A stretch of 64,000 bases of DNA from Candidatus Tanganyikabacteria bacterium (GTDB lineage: Bacteria > Cyanobacteriota > Sericytochromatia > S15B-MN24 > VGJW01). The notes beneath the pieces were generated by a model, which saw nothing but the letters and a program-made list of their open reading frames with translations, was not told where the DNA came from and did no database searches. Both the position numbers and the translations under genes were made by a program. The stretch lies in the NCBI GenBank assembly GCA_016867235.1, contig VGJY01000002.1:2647-66646 (forward strand), written 5' to 3'. This document shows, piece by piece, positions 37,323-47,510 of this stretch. How positions within the stretch are numbered: position 1 is the stretch's first letter; each line of letters begins with the position of its first letter.

Positions 37323-40300
37323 TCACCTGGCGACCAGCCGCGCCTCGATACGGTACAGGCGGCCGTCGCGCATGAGGGCGATGGATACCAGGTCGCCGGG
37401 CAAGCGGCCCGAAAGGGCCTTCGCCAGGTCCCGCGGCCCGGCGATCTCGAAGTCCTCGACTCCGACGATCACGTCGCCCGGCAGGATCCCGGCCGCCGCG
37501 GCGGGCGATCCGGGCGTCACGCTCGCCACCCGGCAGCCGGTGCCGCCGAAGGCCAGATCGGGCATGGTCCCGAGGCTGACCCGCCGGGCCGGAAGCAGGG
37601 CCGCCTCGGCTGGCAAGCCGGATGACGGCGCGGCGGGAGGCGAGCCGGATGACGTCGCGGTGGGGAGCGGGCCCGACGACCGCGCTGCGGCCTGGGAGCC
37701 GGATGCCGGCGTCGCGGCCGGCGGGTGCGACGGCCGCGCCTCGGGCGGCAGGGACGACAGCCGCAAGGCCAGGTGGCCCGCCAGCCTGGCCGCCGCGGCC
37801 ACGGCCTCCGGCTCGACCTTGTCGGCGGTGTCCCCGGGCCGGTGGTAGTCGGGGTTTGGGCCCGTGTGCAGGTGGAGGGCCGGCACGCCGGCCGCGACGA
37901 AGCTCTGGTCGTCGCTCGCCGCCACCGCCCGCGCCACGGGCCTGGTGGCGACGCCGGCGCGGCGTGACGCCTCGGCCAGCAGGTCCGGCCAGCGGCCCCA
38001 GGTCTCGGTGCCGAAGGCGGTGACGGCCCGGTCGCCGAAACGTCCCACCGCGTCCAGGTTGACCATGGCCAGGCAGTCGGCGGCGGGATACCGCCCGGGA
38101 GCGTCCACGAAGTGGCGGGAACCGAGGCGGCCCGCCTCCTCGCCGGTGAACGCCACGAAGACGAGCGTGCGCTCGGGCCGCCAGCCCGCCCCGGCCAGGC
38201 GCGCCACCTCGAGCAGGGCGGCCACCCCGCTCGCGTTGTCGGCGGCGCCGGGATGGATCTTCCCCGCGTCGCCGGCGTGGACGTCCGGCCAGCCGCGGCC
38301 GAGGTGGTCGTAATGGGCGCCGATCACCACGCTCTGGCTGGCCCACTCGGGGCGCTTCCCTCGCAGGAGGCCGACGACGTTCTTCGCGCCGTCGACCGGC
38401 GGAGCGCCCGCCGGCAAGGTCGGCCGGAACGCCTGGAAATAGCTCCCGGGCGCGTCCCCGCCAGGCTCCAGACCGGCGCTCCGGAACTGCGCGGCGAGGT
38501 AGTCGGCCGCGGCGTCCAGTTCGGGAGTGCCCAGGCCCCTCCCGGCAAACCGGCTGTCGGCCAGGTGCCTGATGCCGTCTCGCAGCCTGGCCGGGGAGAC
38601 CGCCGAAGGCGAGAGGGTCAGCGGGAGCGGCGCCCGCATCGCGAGCGACACCCGCGCCCCGGGAGCGCCTTCCGGCGCGACGGGAGCGCCTTCCTGCGCG
38701 GCACCGGCGGGCCGGGTGCCGGGATCGGGCACCGCCACCGAGAGCGGGGAGTCGGGCGCGGCCCACTCGCCCCGGGCGATGGCCCGCAGATCGGCGCCGG
38801 CGAACGCCACGAAGCCGTACTTCCCGTAGTGGGGGAGCTTGCGCCCGACGGCCTCGAGCGCCGCGGGTCGCTCGGCGGCCACCCAGCCCAGCGCCAGATC
38901 CGGATTTCCCGGATGCGCCAGCGCCAGGGCGATCGCCACGCCCTCCCCGGTCAAGGGGCCGGAGGGCAGGCGAGGGGTCGCCCCTTCGACGTCCGCGCCC
39001 AGCCGCGCGGCCTGCCGCCTCACCTCGGCGAAGTGACGGTTCTCGCGGCCCAGCACCCAGACCGTCCGGTCCGCGGGCAGGGTCTCGACTTCGGTGTCCT
39101 GCGCGACCTCGACCTGGCCAGGCTGCGACTCGCGCCACGCTTCGGCAAGCCGCCGATACCCCGCCCGGTGCGGCTCGGGGGCGCGGGCCGGCACGACGAC
39201 CAGCGCCCTCTCGGCCGCGAAGGCCCGCGCCAGGCTAGGCGGGACTTCGCCGGGCTGCAGCCGGCGGAACAGGTCGAACTCCGGGTCGACGTCCAGGCGT
39301 AGCGGCCGCGCGGAGAGCGGCAGGTCCAGCCTCGCCGTCCGACCCGCCAGATCCACCCGCGCCCGCACCGGATCGCCCGCGCCCTCGGTCCGGACCTGCA
39401 CCGGCACGCCCAGCCTGAACTCAGGGCCCGCCTGCGCCTGATCGAGAATGGCCGTCAGGCGCCACGCTTCGCCTTCGCGCAGGGCTCGCACGTCCCGCAC
39501 GCGCAGTTCCGGGGCGCCGACGCTCCTGACCCAGCGACCGAATTCCGGCGCCACGGCCGGATCGCCTTCGGCCGCAAAGGCCCGCTCCAGGTCGCCGAAG
39601 GTGGCCCGCCGGCCGCGTTTCTCCCGGTAGAAGCGGCGCAACGCGGCCAGGAATGCGTCGTCGCCCAGCGCGCGGCGCGCCATGTGGAAGAACAGCAGGC
39701 TCTTGCCGTAGCCGACCGCCTCGGTGACCGAACTGTGGCGGCCCCGGAAGGCCGTGAGCGGGAAATCCCTGGCGCCCTTGACGAACTCGGAGTAGCGCTG
39801 CAGCGTGGCCCGCCGGTAGGCCGCGCCGCCGCCGTCCTGCTCGGCCAGCAGGTGATCGGCGAGGTAGGCCGTGAGGCCCTCGCACCAGTTGCCCTGATCG
39901 TAGTCGACGAACACCGAGTTGCCCCACCAGTTGTGGAGGATCTCGTGGGGATAGGAGGTCCGGAGGATGAAGGGGAAGCGGATGATCTTGGGCCCGAGCA
40001 ACGTGAACGAGGGCATGCCGTAGCCGGTCTCCCAGAAATTCTCGACCAGCGCGAACTTCCCGTATGCATACGGCCCGAAGAGCCGCTCGTAGAGCAGGAG
40101 GTACTCGGCCGTCGCGTCCAGGTAGCGGTCGGCGAGCGTCTGATCGGGTTCCCGCAGCAGTGCGAGCGCATCGATGTCGCCCACCTTGCGCGCGTACTCG
40201 GTCCAGCGCCCGGCCACCAGGTAGATCTCGTCTTGCGGCTCCGGGGACACCCAGCGAAACGCCCCCTCGTCGCTCGCCGCGGCCGTAAGGGTCCGGCGGC

Positions 40301-40865
40301 CCTGCGACAGGGCCTTCCAGCCAGCCGGCACGCGGCATTCCAGGCCAAACGGCAGCAACTCGTCGTCGCCGAAGCGGGGGTACCAGAAGGTGGAACCCGC
40401 CAGGTAGACCCCGTCCGTCCCGACCGTCCCCGGGCTCTCCTTGAAGCTGCGGGCGTACTCTTCGCCCTGCTCGCGGGGCGGATGGTGGACGCGCCCGCCG
40501 TACTCCAGTTCGAAGGCCCGCGCTCCAGGCACCAGGCGGACGCGGAAGGTCTCGACCGGCACCGCCGCGTCCCCCGCGGCGTTTTGCCCGTGCGCGGCCG
40601 CCTCGCTGGCCGCGACGCGCGCTACGGTCACGCCGATCGTGCGGCTTTCGGGCCGCAGGCCGCCGTGCAGGCGGAACGTCAACTCCCCGCCGCCCCGGGC
40701 GACCGGCGCGGCCAGGGTGATGGTATCGCGCACTCCGATGGTACCGGCCGCGGGATCCAGGCGCACGACCAGGTCATGGCCCGCCGGGACCGGATATCCG
40801 GCGGCAGCCCCCGAGAGGCCGAGCGCGCAGCCGGCCATGACCCATGCGAGTCTTGCGTGCATCAT
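37323..40865 (-). CDS. Secreted M1 aminopeptidase-M28 peptidase-PDZ fusion
   Basis: HEILH..18..E (M1); GAHYDHLG, GAADNASG, FTGEEAG, YHRPGD (M28); LGTMPD...GSPAAAAGILPGDVI (PDZ). Confidence 0.88.
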   Translation of the reverse strand: MMHARLAWVMAGCALGLSGAAAGYPVPAGHDLVVRLDPAAGTIGVRDTITLAAPVARGGGELTFRLHGGLRPESRTIGVTVARVAASEAAAHGQNAAGDAAVPVETFRVRLVPGARAFELEYGGRVHHPPREQGEEYARSFKESPGTVGTDGVYLAGSTFWYPRFGDDELLPFGLECRVPAGWKALSQGRRTLTAAASDEGAFRWVSPEPQDEIYLVAGRWTEYARKVGDIDALALLREPDQTLADRYLDATAEYLLLYERLFGPYAYGKFALVENFWETGYGMPSFTLLGPKIIRFPFILRTSYPHEILHNWWGNSVFVDYDQGNWCEGLTAYLADHLLAEQDGGGAAYRRATLQRYSEFVKGARDFPLTAFRGRHSSVTEAVGYGKSLLFFHMARRALGDDAFLAALRRFYREKRGRRATFGDLERAFAAEGDPAVAPEFGRWVRSVGAPELRVRDVRALREGEAWRLTAILDQAQAGPEFRLGVPVQVRTEGAGDPVRARVDLAGRTARLDLPLSARPLRLDVDPEFDLFRRLQPGEVPPSLARAFAAERALVVVPARAPEPHRAGYRRLAEAWRESQPGQVEVAQDTEVETLPADRTVWVLGRENRHFAEVRRQAARLGADVEGATPRLPSGPLTGEGVAIALALAHPGNPDLALGWVAAERPAALEAVGRKLPHYGKYGFVAFAGADLRAIARGEWAAPDSPLSVAVPDPGTRPAGAAQEGAPVAPEGAPGARVSLAMRAPLPLTLSPSAVSPARLRDGIRHLADSRFAGRGLGTPELDAAADYLAAQFRSAGLEPGGDAPGSYFQAFRPTLPAGAPPVDGAKNVVGLLRGKRPEWASQSVVIGAHYDHLGRGWPDVHAGDAGKIHPGAADNASGVAALLEVARLAGAGWRPERTLVFVAFTGEEAGRLGSRHFVDAPGRYPAADCLAMVNLDAVGRFGDRAVTAFGTETWGRWPDLLAEASRRAGVATRPVARAVAASDDQSFVAAGVPALHLHTGPNPDYHRPGDTADKVEPEAVAAAARLAGHLALRLSSLPPEARPSHPPAATPASGSQAAARSSGPLPTATSSGSPPAAPSSGLPAEAALLPARRVSLGTMPDLAFGGTGCRVASVTPGSPAAAAGILPGDVIVGVEDFEIAGPRDLAKALSGRLPGDLVSIALMRDGRLYRIEARLVAR
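37615..37722. repeat. Four degenerate 27-bp in-frame repeats in the M28-PDZ linker
   Basis: PPAATPASG/SQAAARSSG/PLPTATSSG/SPPAAPSSG. Confidence 0.6.
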
Positions 40866-40909
40866 CCGGATTCAACCTCCGCTTCGGACGATGATAACCT
40901 CGTGAGCAC

Positions 40910-41959
40910 ATGCCCTTCGCGCCGCTTCTCGCCATGATCGCCGCCAGCGTGCTGCTGGCTGCCGCTGCAACTCCCGGAGTGCCGGAGCCGTTGCACCACC
41001 CGGCCGAGAAGCGCCTGTCAAACGTGCGCAAGCTGACCTCGGGCGGCCAGAACGCCGAGGCCTACTTCTCGGCCGACGGCGCGCGCATCGTCTTCCAGGC
41101 GACGCGCCCGCCTCACGGCTGCGACCAGATCTACACGATGGATCTTTCCGGCGGGGCGATGCGCAGGCTGTCGAGCGGCGAGGGCCGCACCACGTGCTCC
41201 TTCTTCCTGCCCGACGGCAAGCGCTTCGTGTACGCCTCGACGCACCTGGGCGGGCCGAATTGCCCGGCCCCGCCGGACAACCGCCTCGGCTACGTCTGGC
41301 CCCTCTTTCCCGACTACGACATCTTCCTGGGGGACCTCGGGGGCGGCGCGCACAGGCGCCTGACCGACACGCCGGGCTACGACGCCGAGGCCGCCGTCTC
41401 GCCGGACGGCCGCCGCGTGGTCTTCACGTCGGTGCGCGACGGCGATCTCGAGATCTACTCGATGAACAGCGACGGCACCGACGTGCGCCGCCTGACCCAT
41501 CGCAAGGGTTTCGACGGCGGACCGTTCTACTCCTGGGACGGCAAGCACATCGTCTACCGGAGCCACTACCCCGACACTCCCGAAGCACTGGCCGAGTACG
41601 AGGGCCTCCTGGCCCAGAACCTGATGCGGCCGACGAGAGCCGAGGTCTACCTCATGAACGCCGACGGCTCCGGGCAGACCCAGGTGACCCGGACCGGACA
41701 CGCCAACTGGTCGCCCTTCATGCACCCGGACGGGCGCCGCATCGTCTTTTCCTCGAACATGCACGATCCGCGCGGCCGCACGTTCTCGCTCTACATGATC
41801 AACACCGACGGGACGGGACTGGAGCGTGTCACGTACGGCGCGCGCTTCGACAGCTTCCCGATGTTCAGCCGGGACGGCACCAGGCTGCTCTTCAGCTCGT
41901 CGCGCGCCGCGACCGAGGCTCGCGAGTTCAACGTCTTCCTGGCTGACTGGCAGCCCTGA
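40910..41959 (+). CDS. TolB-like PD40 beta-propeller protein
   Basis: NAEAYFSADG, CDQIY, YDAEAAVSPDG, FDGGPFYSWDG, FDSFPMFSRDG repeats. Confidence 0.88.
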   Translation: MPFAPLLAMIAASVLLAAAATPGVPEPLHHPAEKRLSNVRKLTSGGQNAEAYFSADGARIVFQATRPPHGCDQIYTMDLSGGAMRRLSSGEGRTTCSFFLPDGKRFVYASTHLGGPNCPAPPDNRLGYVWPLFPDYDIFLGDLGGGAHRRLTDTPGYDAEAAVSPDGRRVVFTSVRDGDLEIYSMNSDGTDVRRLTHRKGFDGGPFYSWDGKHIVYRSHYPDTPEALAEYEGLLAQNLMRPTRAEVYLMNADGSGQTQVTRTGHANWSPFMHPDGRRIVFSSNMHDPRGRTFSLYMINTDGTGLERVTYGARFDSFPMFSRDGTRLLFSSSRAATEAREFNVFLADWQP

Positions 41960-41995
41960 AGCCTGCGCCTCGGCTTGCGGGGTACAAAACCGCTA

Positions 41996-42985
41996 ATGCC
42001 CGGCCCCCAGGATCCCTCGAACCAGAACCCGCTGCCCAAGCGGGTCGTTCCGCAGAACCTGACGCGGCCCATCGATCCCGACGAGGTCTACGACATGACC
42101 CTCGGGCCGGGCGACAGCGTGGTGCAGGCCGCCTACGCCCGCACCGGCCGCGGGACCACCTTCCTGGGGCCGACGGCCGGCCGGCCGGGAGTCGCCGAGG
42201 ACGGCACCGATGCGCTGATGCTCCGCAAGGTGGCCAAGCGCAGCCGCAGCCTCACCTTCATCGTGCAGGGCATCATGTGGCGAGCCGGCTTCGCGCCGGA
42301 CATCGCCCAGACGCCCCTCGGGCAGGCCACGCCCTTCCGCAAGATCCTCGACACCGAGACCGTGGCGCCCAGCGGCAGCATCCTGCGCCCGGTCGTCGCC
42401 AACTACGAACTGGTGTTCCGGGAGCTCATCCCCAAGCCCCTGCTCGACCAGTGCGACCAGATGTTCGGCCTGGTGCGCAAGCTGGAGCGCATCGCGGTCT
42501 TCTACTTCCCCGCCGGCGAGGGCGCCACGGCGGGCGTCGTCGCCCAGTACCTGGAGCAGCCCGCCTCCAGGGGCCACGTGCTCTACCTCCAGACCAACAT
42601 CAAGAACGCCTCGCCCACGGTGCTCGAGCAGATCCAGAAGACCTTCGAGGCCGCCGTGCCGCGGGCGATCGAGGCGGCAAAGCAAGCCACGCCGGGCACG
42701 TTCTGGCAAGAACTGGACCGGTCGATGTACCAGGTGACCGCGACCTTCAAGAACAGCGTGCTCGGCAGCGGTACCCGGGCGGCCACCTCGCAGCTCCAGA
42801 AATCGGCCAAGCAGGCCGGCCACAAGGTCGACCGGGCCGCCGGCGTCATCGACGCGGTCAACAAGGGCTTCGACGCGGCCGCCGCGGTGCCCGCGCAACT
42901 GGGCGTGGGTGTCGTGCGCGGCTTCACGAAGGCCATCGTGGGCGCCATCGAGGGCCTCGACAAGCTCTTGAAACCCAAGTCCTGA
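41996..42985 (+). CDS. Hypothetical protein
   Basis: Long ORF with strong GC3 bias. Confidence 0.7.
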   Translation: MPGPQDPSNQNPLPKRVVPQNLTRPIDPDEVYDMTLGPGDSVVQAAYARTGRGTTFLGPTAGRPGVAEDGTDALMLRKVAKRSRSLTFIVQGIMWRAGFAPDIAQTPLGQATPFRKILDTETVAPSGSILRPVVANYELVFRELIPKPLLDQCDQMFGLVRKLERIAVFYFPAGEGATAGVVAQYLEQPASRGHVLYLQTNIKNASPTVLEQIQKTFEAAVPRAIEAAKQATPGTFWQELDRSMYQVTATFKNSVLGSGTRAATSQLQKSAKQAGHKVDRAAGVIDAVNKGFDAAAAVPAQLGVGVVRGFTKAIVGAIEGLDKLLKPKS

Positions 42986-42998
42986 CAGGAGGCCCCCG

Positions 42999-44132
42999 TT
43001 GCCGCACTTCGTCGCCGCCCTCGCCTCCCTCGCCCTGGCCACGGCGACGCCGTCGCTCGAAATCCAGAACCTGGTGGTCGTCGGAACGCCCGAGCCTCCC
43101 GAGTGGACGTACAGCCTCGTGCCGATCCCGCTCATCTACTTCGGCGGCGGCGCCGAACTGCGGCACGGCGGGGGCGTGCCCGACCAGTACGTGCTGGCCA
43201 GCGGCGGGTACACATGGGCCGGCAAGGAGGTCTACGACCCGCGGTCCAGGTCGATCGTGCGGTCGGCCGCCTATGCCACGACCAACGGCGGCCTGTCGCC
43301 GTACTGGGATTCCCGCCTCGGCTGGGGCCTCAACCTCACGCGGGAGGTGCGGGTCTGGCTGCAAGGCCGCTACACCGCGCCGGCCCTGGAAGCCAACATG
43401 GCGTCGTGGGTAGCCGGCGAGGAAGGCAAGCCGCTGGATAATCACTACGATCCGGCCGCCCTGGTGGGCTTCCGGCCGATCGTGACCGTGGGACCGCACC
43501 TGCAAGCGGACTACACCGACGATCCCGACTTCCCGACCTCGGGCACGTGGGCGCGGGTGGGCATGGACTACGGCCCGGCGTGGCTGGGGAACCAGAGCAA
43601 GGGCGGTGCAGCCAACGAGTTCGGCCTGTACCGGGCCCGCCTGGCGCAGTTCTTCCGCGTGGGCGAGGACATGACCGTCGTGGTGAGCGGCGTGGCCGGT
43701 ACCGGGACCGGGCTCATCCCGGTGAACCTGCGGTACGCGGCGGGCGGCGCGACTTACGTGCGGGGGTACCTGGGCGATCGGTTCGCCGGCGACAGGCTCC
43801 TGGCCGGGTCGATCGAGTGGCGCCACCTGGCGCTCCCGGGCCTGGTCGAGTACGGCGACCTGGGCCTGGGCTACCACGCCTACCTGGATTACGGCCGGGT
43901 CTGGGAGACCTCCTGCGCGGCATGCACGCCGAGCAACCCGGCCATCGCGTTCCCCGACGACCTGCGAGCGGGCGCCGGCGCGGGAATCAGCGTCGTGGCA
44001 GGCCGGAGCACCCTGCTGCGCCTCGACCTGATGGCCGGCAACGAGGGCGTCATCTGGTACCCGCTCTTCGGCGGCCTGCTCAAGATCCCCTTCGTGCCGG
44101 GCCTGGGCCTCAGCTTGCGCGAGACCTGGTAG
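42999..44132 (+). CDS. Omp85/BamA-type barrel protein without obvious POTRA domains
   Basis: D.TDDPDFPTSG, GGATYVRGY, SIEWR, YLDYGRVW, C-terminal aromatic residue. Confidence 0.7.
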   Translation: MPHFVAALASLALATATPSLEIQNLVVVGTPEPPEWTYSLVPIPLIYFGGGAELRHGGGVPDQYVLASGGYTWAGKEVYDPRSRSIVRSAAYATTNGGLSPYWDSRLGWGLNLTREVRVWLQGRYTAPALEANMASWVAGEEGKPLDNHYDPAALVGFRPIVTVGPHLQADYTDDPDFPTSGTWARVGMDYGPAWLGNQSKGGAANEFGLYRARLAQFFRVGEDMTVVVSGVAGTGTGLIPVNLRYAAGGATYVRGYLGDRFAGDRLLAGSIEWRHLALPGLVEYGDLGLGYHAYLDYGRVWETSCAACTPSNPAIAFPDDLRAGAGAGISVVAGRSTLLRLDLMAGNEGVIWYPLFGGLLKIPFVPGLGLSLRETW

Positions 44133-44209
44133 ACGCCATAAAGAGCCAGAGAGGACAGCCTCCCTGGCTCTTGGAGCATGGCACCGTGGTTATGCGCCCA
44201 GGCGCGTGA

Positions 44210-44818
44210 ATGCTTGCGTTTGCGCGGTTAAGGTTGGGGAATAGCGGAGAAGTGGGGACGCTAGCGGAGGCCATCCGCCTGAACGACATCGGCCACGAGC
44301 ACATCGTGAGCGCCATCGCGGGCACGCGGGCACCGGACGCCCAGGTGCGCCAGGCGCTGATGGAAGCCCTCGAGGCCGCCGAAGTCGCCGGCGCCGACAA
44401 CCCGAAGTGGCGAGCCGAGAGCGTCATCGCCCTGGTGAATCTGGAGCTGTTCTCGATCCTGGTGGCCGAAGGCGATCCAATGGCCTACCAGAAAGCCATC
44501 CAGGACGCCCTGGACGTGGTGGGCCGGGCCTTCGACGGCTCGCCCTCGACGCCGCAGGAGATCACCCGGCTGGCGCACGTCTGGTACAGCCTCGGCTTCC
44601 ACCAGCAGGCCTTGACGCGGTTCCAGGATGCCGTGGGGCTATACCAGCAGGCCTCCCAGACCGCCCTGGCCGTGCAGGAGGGCCAGCGGGACATCCGGTT
44701 GCTCATCCTGATCGCGACCAACATCGCCACCTGCGCCGACAAGCTGGGATTGCCCGACATGGCCGCGCGGACGCGCGACCACGTAGAAAACCTGCTGCGC
44801 CTGCTGGGAAAGGGCTAG
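44210..44818 (+). CDS. TPR-like helical hypothetical protein
   Basis: RLAHVWYSLGFHQQALTRFQDAV; start uncertain. Confidence 0.6.
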   Translation: MLAFARLRLGNSGEVGTLAEAIRLNDIGHEHIVSAIAGTRAPDAQVRQALMEALEAAEVAGADNPKWRAESVIALVNLELFSILVAEGDPMAYQKAIQDALDVVGRAFDGSPSTPQEITRLAHVWYSLGFHQQALTRFQDAVGLYQQASQTALAVQEGQRDIRLLILIATNIATCADKLGLPDMAARTRDHVENLLRLLGKG

Positions 44819-44834
44819 GAAAGGGCCGGTACGG

Positions 44835-45020
44835 TCAGGCCAGCGACAGGCCGGACGTCTTGCCATGCCCGGTGCCGAGCACCGGAGCGTCGGCCTTGGC
44901 GAGGTGGACCGTCTTGGGCTTGTCCTTCTTAGGCTTGGGCGCGGCAGTATCGCCGGCCGTACCCGACGGAAATGCCAGCGAAGCCAGCGGCCTCCGCCCC
45001 ACCTTGAGGTTGCCCGGCAT
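44835..45020 (-). CDS. Small basic hypothetical protein (61 aa)
   Basis: GAGAGGAGG SD before ATG; follows kbl. Confidence 0.5.
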   Translation of the reverse strand: MPGNLKVGRRPLASLAFPSGTAGDTAAPKPKKDKPKTVHLAKADAPVLGTGHGKTSGLSLA

Positions 45021-45052
45021 GAATCGGCCTCCTCTCGTTCCCAGTCTTGGAG

Positions 45053-46246
45053 TTATACCCTGACCGGGAGGATTCCCAGTTGGCGCCCGACTTTCTCGAA
45101 GGCCCGCAGCGCGAAGTCGAGGTCGTCGCGGGTGTGTGTGGCCGTGACGATGGTCCGCACGCGCTCCTTGCCGCGCGCCACCGTGGGGAAGCCGATGCCC
45201 ACGGCGAAGACGCCCTCCGCGAATAACCCGTCCGAGAGCGCCATGGCACGTTTCGTGTCGCCGACGATCACCGGCGTGATGGGTGTCTGGGAGGCCCCGG
45301 TGTCGAAGCCCAGGTCGGCCAGGCCGGCCTTGAAGTAGCGGGAGTTGTCCCAGAGGCGCTCGATGATGGCCGGTTCGGTCTCGAGCAGGTCGAATGCCGC
45401 CATGCACGCGGCGGTGACGGCCGGGGGGTGCGAGGTCGAGAACAGGAAGGGGCGCGCCTTGTGCCACAGGTACTCGATGAGCACCTGCGGGCCTGCCACG
45501 TAGCCGCCCAGCACGCCCACGGCCTTCGAGAGCGTCCCGACCTGGATGTGGACGCGGCCGTGCAGGTCGTAGTGATCGACCGTGCCGCGCCCGTTGCGGC
45601 CCAGGACGCCCGAAGCGTGGGCGTCGTCGACCATGATCAACGCCCCGTGCTCCTCGGCGGCCGCGACGATATCCGGCAGGGGCGCGATGTCGCCGTCCAT
45701 CGAGAAGACGCCGTCGGTGACGACGAGGATCCGGCGGTACTGCCCCGCGACCTCGGCCAGCACGCGCCGCAGATCGGCGACGTCCTTGTGCTTCCAGACC
45801 TTGATCTGCGCCCGCGACAGGCGGCAGCCGTCGATGATGCTCGCGTGGTTGAGTTCGTCCGAGACGATGACGTCTTCCTTGCCCAGGATGGACGAGACCG
45901 TGCCGGCATTCGCGGTGAAGCCGCTCTGGAAGACCACCGCCGCCTCGGTGTGCTTGAACTTCGCGATGCGCGCCTCGAGGGCCATGTGGCCGGCCATCGT
46001 GCCCGCGATGGTGCGCACCGATCCCGAACCGGCGCCCTCGGTGCGGACGGCTTCCAGGGCCGCCTCGATCAGCCTGGGGTGCGTGGTGAGGCCCAGGTAG
46101 TTGTTGGACGAGAGGTTGACCACCTCCTTGCCGTCGATGACGCAGCGCGCGGCCTGCTCGCGGGCAAGCACGCGCAACGGCCGGAAGAGGCCTTGATCCT
46201 TGAGTTCGGCGACTTCGTCGTGAAGGAATTTCAGGGGATCGGTCAT
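45053..46246 (-). CDS. kbl: Glycine C-acetyltransferase (2-amino-3-ketobutyrate CoA ligase)
   Basis: SSNNYLGL, NHASIIDG, TDGVFSMDG, VDDAH, GTLSKA, ARPFLFS; adjacent to tdh. Confidence 0.9.
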   Translation of the reverse strand: MTDPLKFLHDEVAELKDQGLFRPLRVLAREQAARCVIDGKEVVNLSSNNYLGLTTHPRLIEAALEAVRTEGAGSGSVRTIAGTMAGHMALEARIAKFKHTEAAVVFQSGFTANAGTVSSILGKEDVIVSDELNHASIIDGCRLSRAQIKVWKHKDVADLRRVLAEVAGQYRRILVVTDGVFSMDGDIAPLPDIVAAAEEHGALIMVDDAHASGVLGRNGRGTVDHYDLHGRVHIQVGTLSKAVGVLGGYVAGPQVLIEYLWHKARPFLFSTSHPPAVTAACMAAFDLLETEPAIIERLWDNSRYFKAGLADLGFDTGASQTPITPVIVGDTKRAMALSDGLFAEGVFAVGIGFPTVARGKERVRTIVTATHTRDDLDFALRAFEKVGRQLGILPVRV

Positions 46247-46259
46247 GGTCTCGGGTACC

Positions 46260-47423
46260 TCAGGGGGTCAGCACGACCTTGCCGCAGTTGCCGCTCTGCA
46301 TCAGGGCGAAGGCCTCGGCGAAATGCTCCAGGGGGAAGCGGTGCGTGATGAGGGGCGCGATGTCCAGACGCCCGGACGCGAGCAGGGCGGAGGTCTGGTA
46401 CCACGTCTCGAAGACGCGGCGGCCGATGATGCCTTGCACCAGGGCGCCCTTGAAGACGATCTGGCTCGCCAGATCCAGTTCCACCGGGCCGCTGGGAATT
46501 CCCAGCATCGCGTAGCGGCCGCCATTTGCCAGCGCCTCGAAGCCCTGGCGGATGGCCTGCGGGTGGCCGGACATCTCGCAGACCACCTGCACCCCGCCCT
46601 CGTCGGTGGTCTCGGCGAGGATGTCGCCGACCACGTCGTCGCGCGTCGGGTTGAACGTCCGCGTGGCGCCCATCTTGCGGGCGAGATCCAGGCGGTAGTC
46701 GTTGACGTCGACCGCGAAGAGCTTGGTCGCTCCCGAGGCCCGCGCCACGCCCACGGCCATCAGGCCCTGGGGGCCGCAGCCGAACACCGCGCAGGTCTTG
46801 CCCGAGATGGGTCCTGAAAGCACGGTGTGGACGGCGTTGCCCAGGGGTTCTTGCAGCGATGCGAACTCCGGAGGGAGCGTCGCGGGGTTCTTCCAGGCAT
46901 TCTTGGCCGGGATGCGCACGAACTCGGCGTACGAGCCGTCGAGGTCCACGCCCAGGATGGTGGTGTCGTGGCAGATGTGGCCGTTGCCCTCCCGGCACTG
47001 CCGGCACACCCCGCAGATGACGTGGCTCTCGGCCGACACGTACTCGCCGCCGGCAAAGTCCACGACCGCCTCACCCACCGCCACCACGTCGCCGCTGAAC
47101 TCGTGGCCGATCACCAGCGGAGTCCGGATGCGGCCCTGCGCCCACTGGTTCCATTCGAAAATGTGCAGGTCGGTGCCGCAGATGGACGTGGCGCGCACCT
47201 TGACCAGGAGGTCCTTGGGGCCGACCTCCGGAACCGGCACCTCCCGGAGTTCGAAACCGTGCCCGGGCCCCTGCTTGACGATGGCCCGCATGGCGGCCGG
47301 CAGCGCGCTCTCGGCGAAGGCCCGCGGGCCGCGGGCGGCGCGGCGCGTGCCGTCAGGCCGGGCGGCCGCCTGCGGATGCGACGGCGAGACGTCGGTACGC
47401 TGCCGCTCGATGGCCTCGCGCAT
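46260..47423 (-). CDS. tdh: L-threonine 3-dehydrogenase
   Basis: SICGTDLHI, GHE, CGVCRQC...C, QEPLGNAVH, GRRVFETWYQ; AAGGAG SD at ATG 47423 (alternative start 47291). Confidence 0.93.
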   Translation of the reverse strand: MREAIERQRTDVSPSHPQAAARPDGTRRAARGPRAFAESALPAAMRAIVKQGPGHGFELREVPVPEVGPKDLLVKVRATSICGTDLHIFEWNQWAQGRIRTPLVIGHEFSGDVVAVGEAVVDFAGGEYVSAESHVICGVCRQCREGNGHICHDTTILGVDLDGSYAEFVRIPAKNAWKNPATLPPEFASLQEPLGNAVHTVLSGPISGKTCAVFGCGPQGLMAVGVARASGATKLFAVDVNDYRLDLARKMGATRTFNPTRDDVVGDILAETTDEGGVQVVCEMSGHPQAIRQGFEALANGGRYAMLGIPSGPVELDLASQIVFKGALVQGIIGRRVFETWYQTSALLASGRLDIAPLITHRFPLEHFAEAFALMQSGNCGKVVLTP

Positions 47424-47510
47424 GCCTTAACTCCTTATAAACACTGGCTTTCCAGGATACCACGCGCCAAGCGCGAGCGGCGCCGGGACCCGGCTCCCCG
47501 CCTGGTCGCG

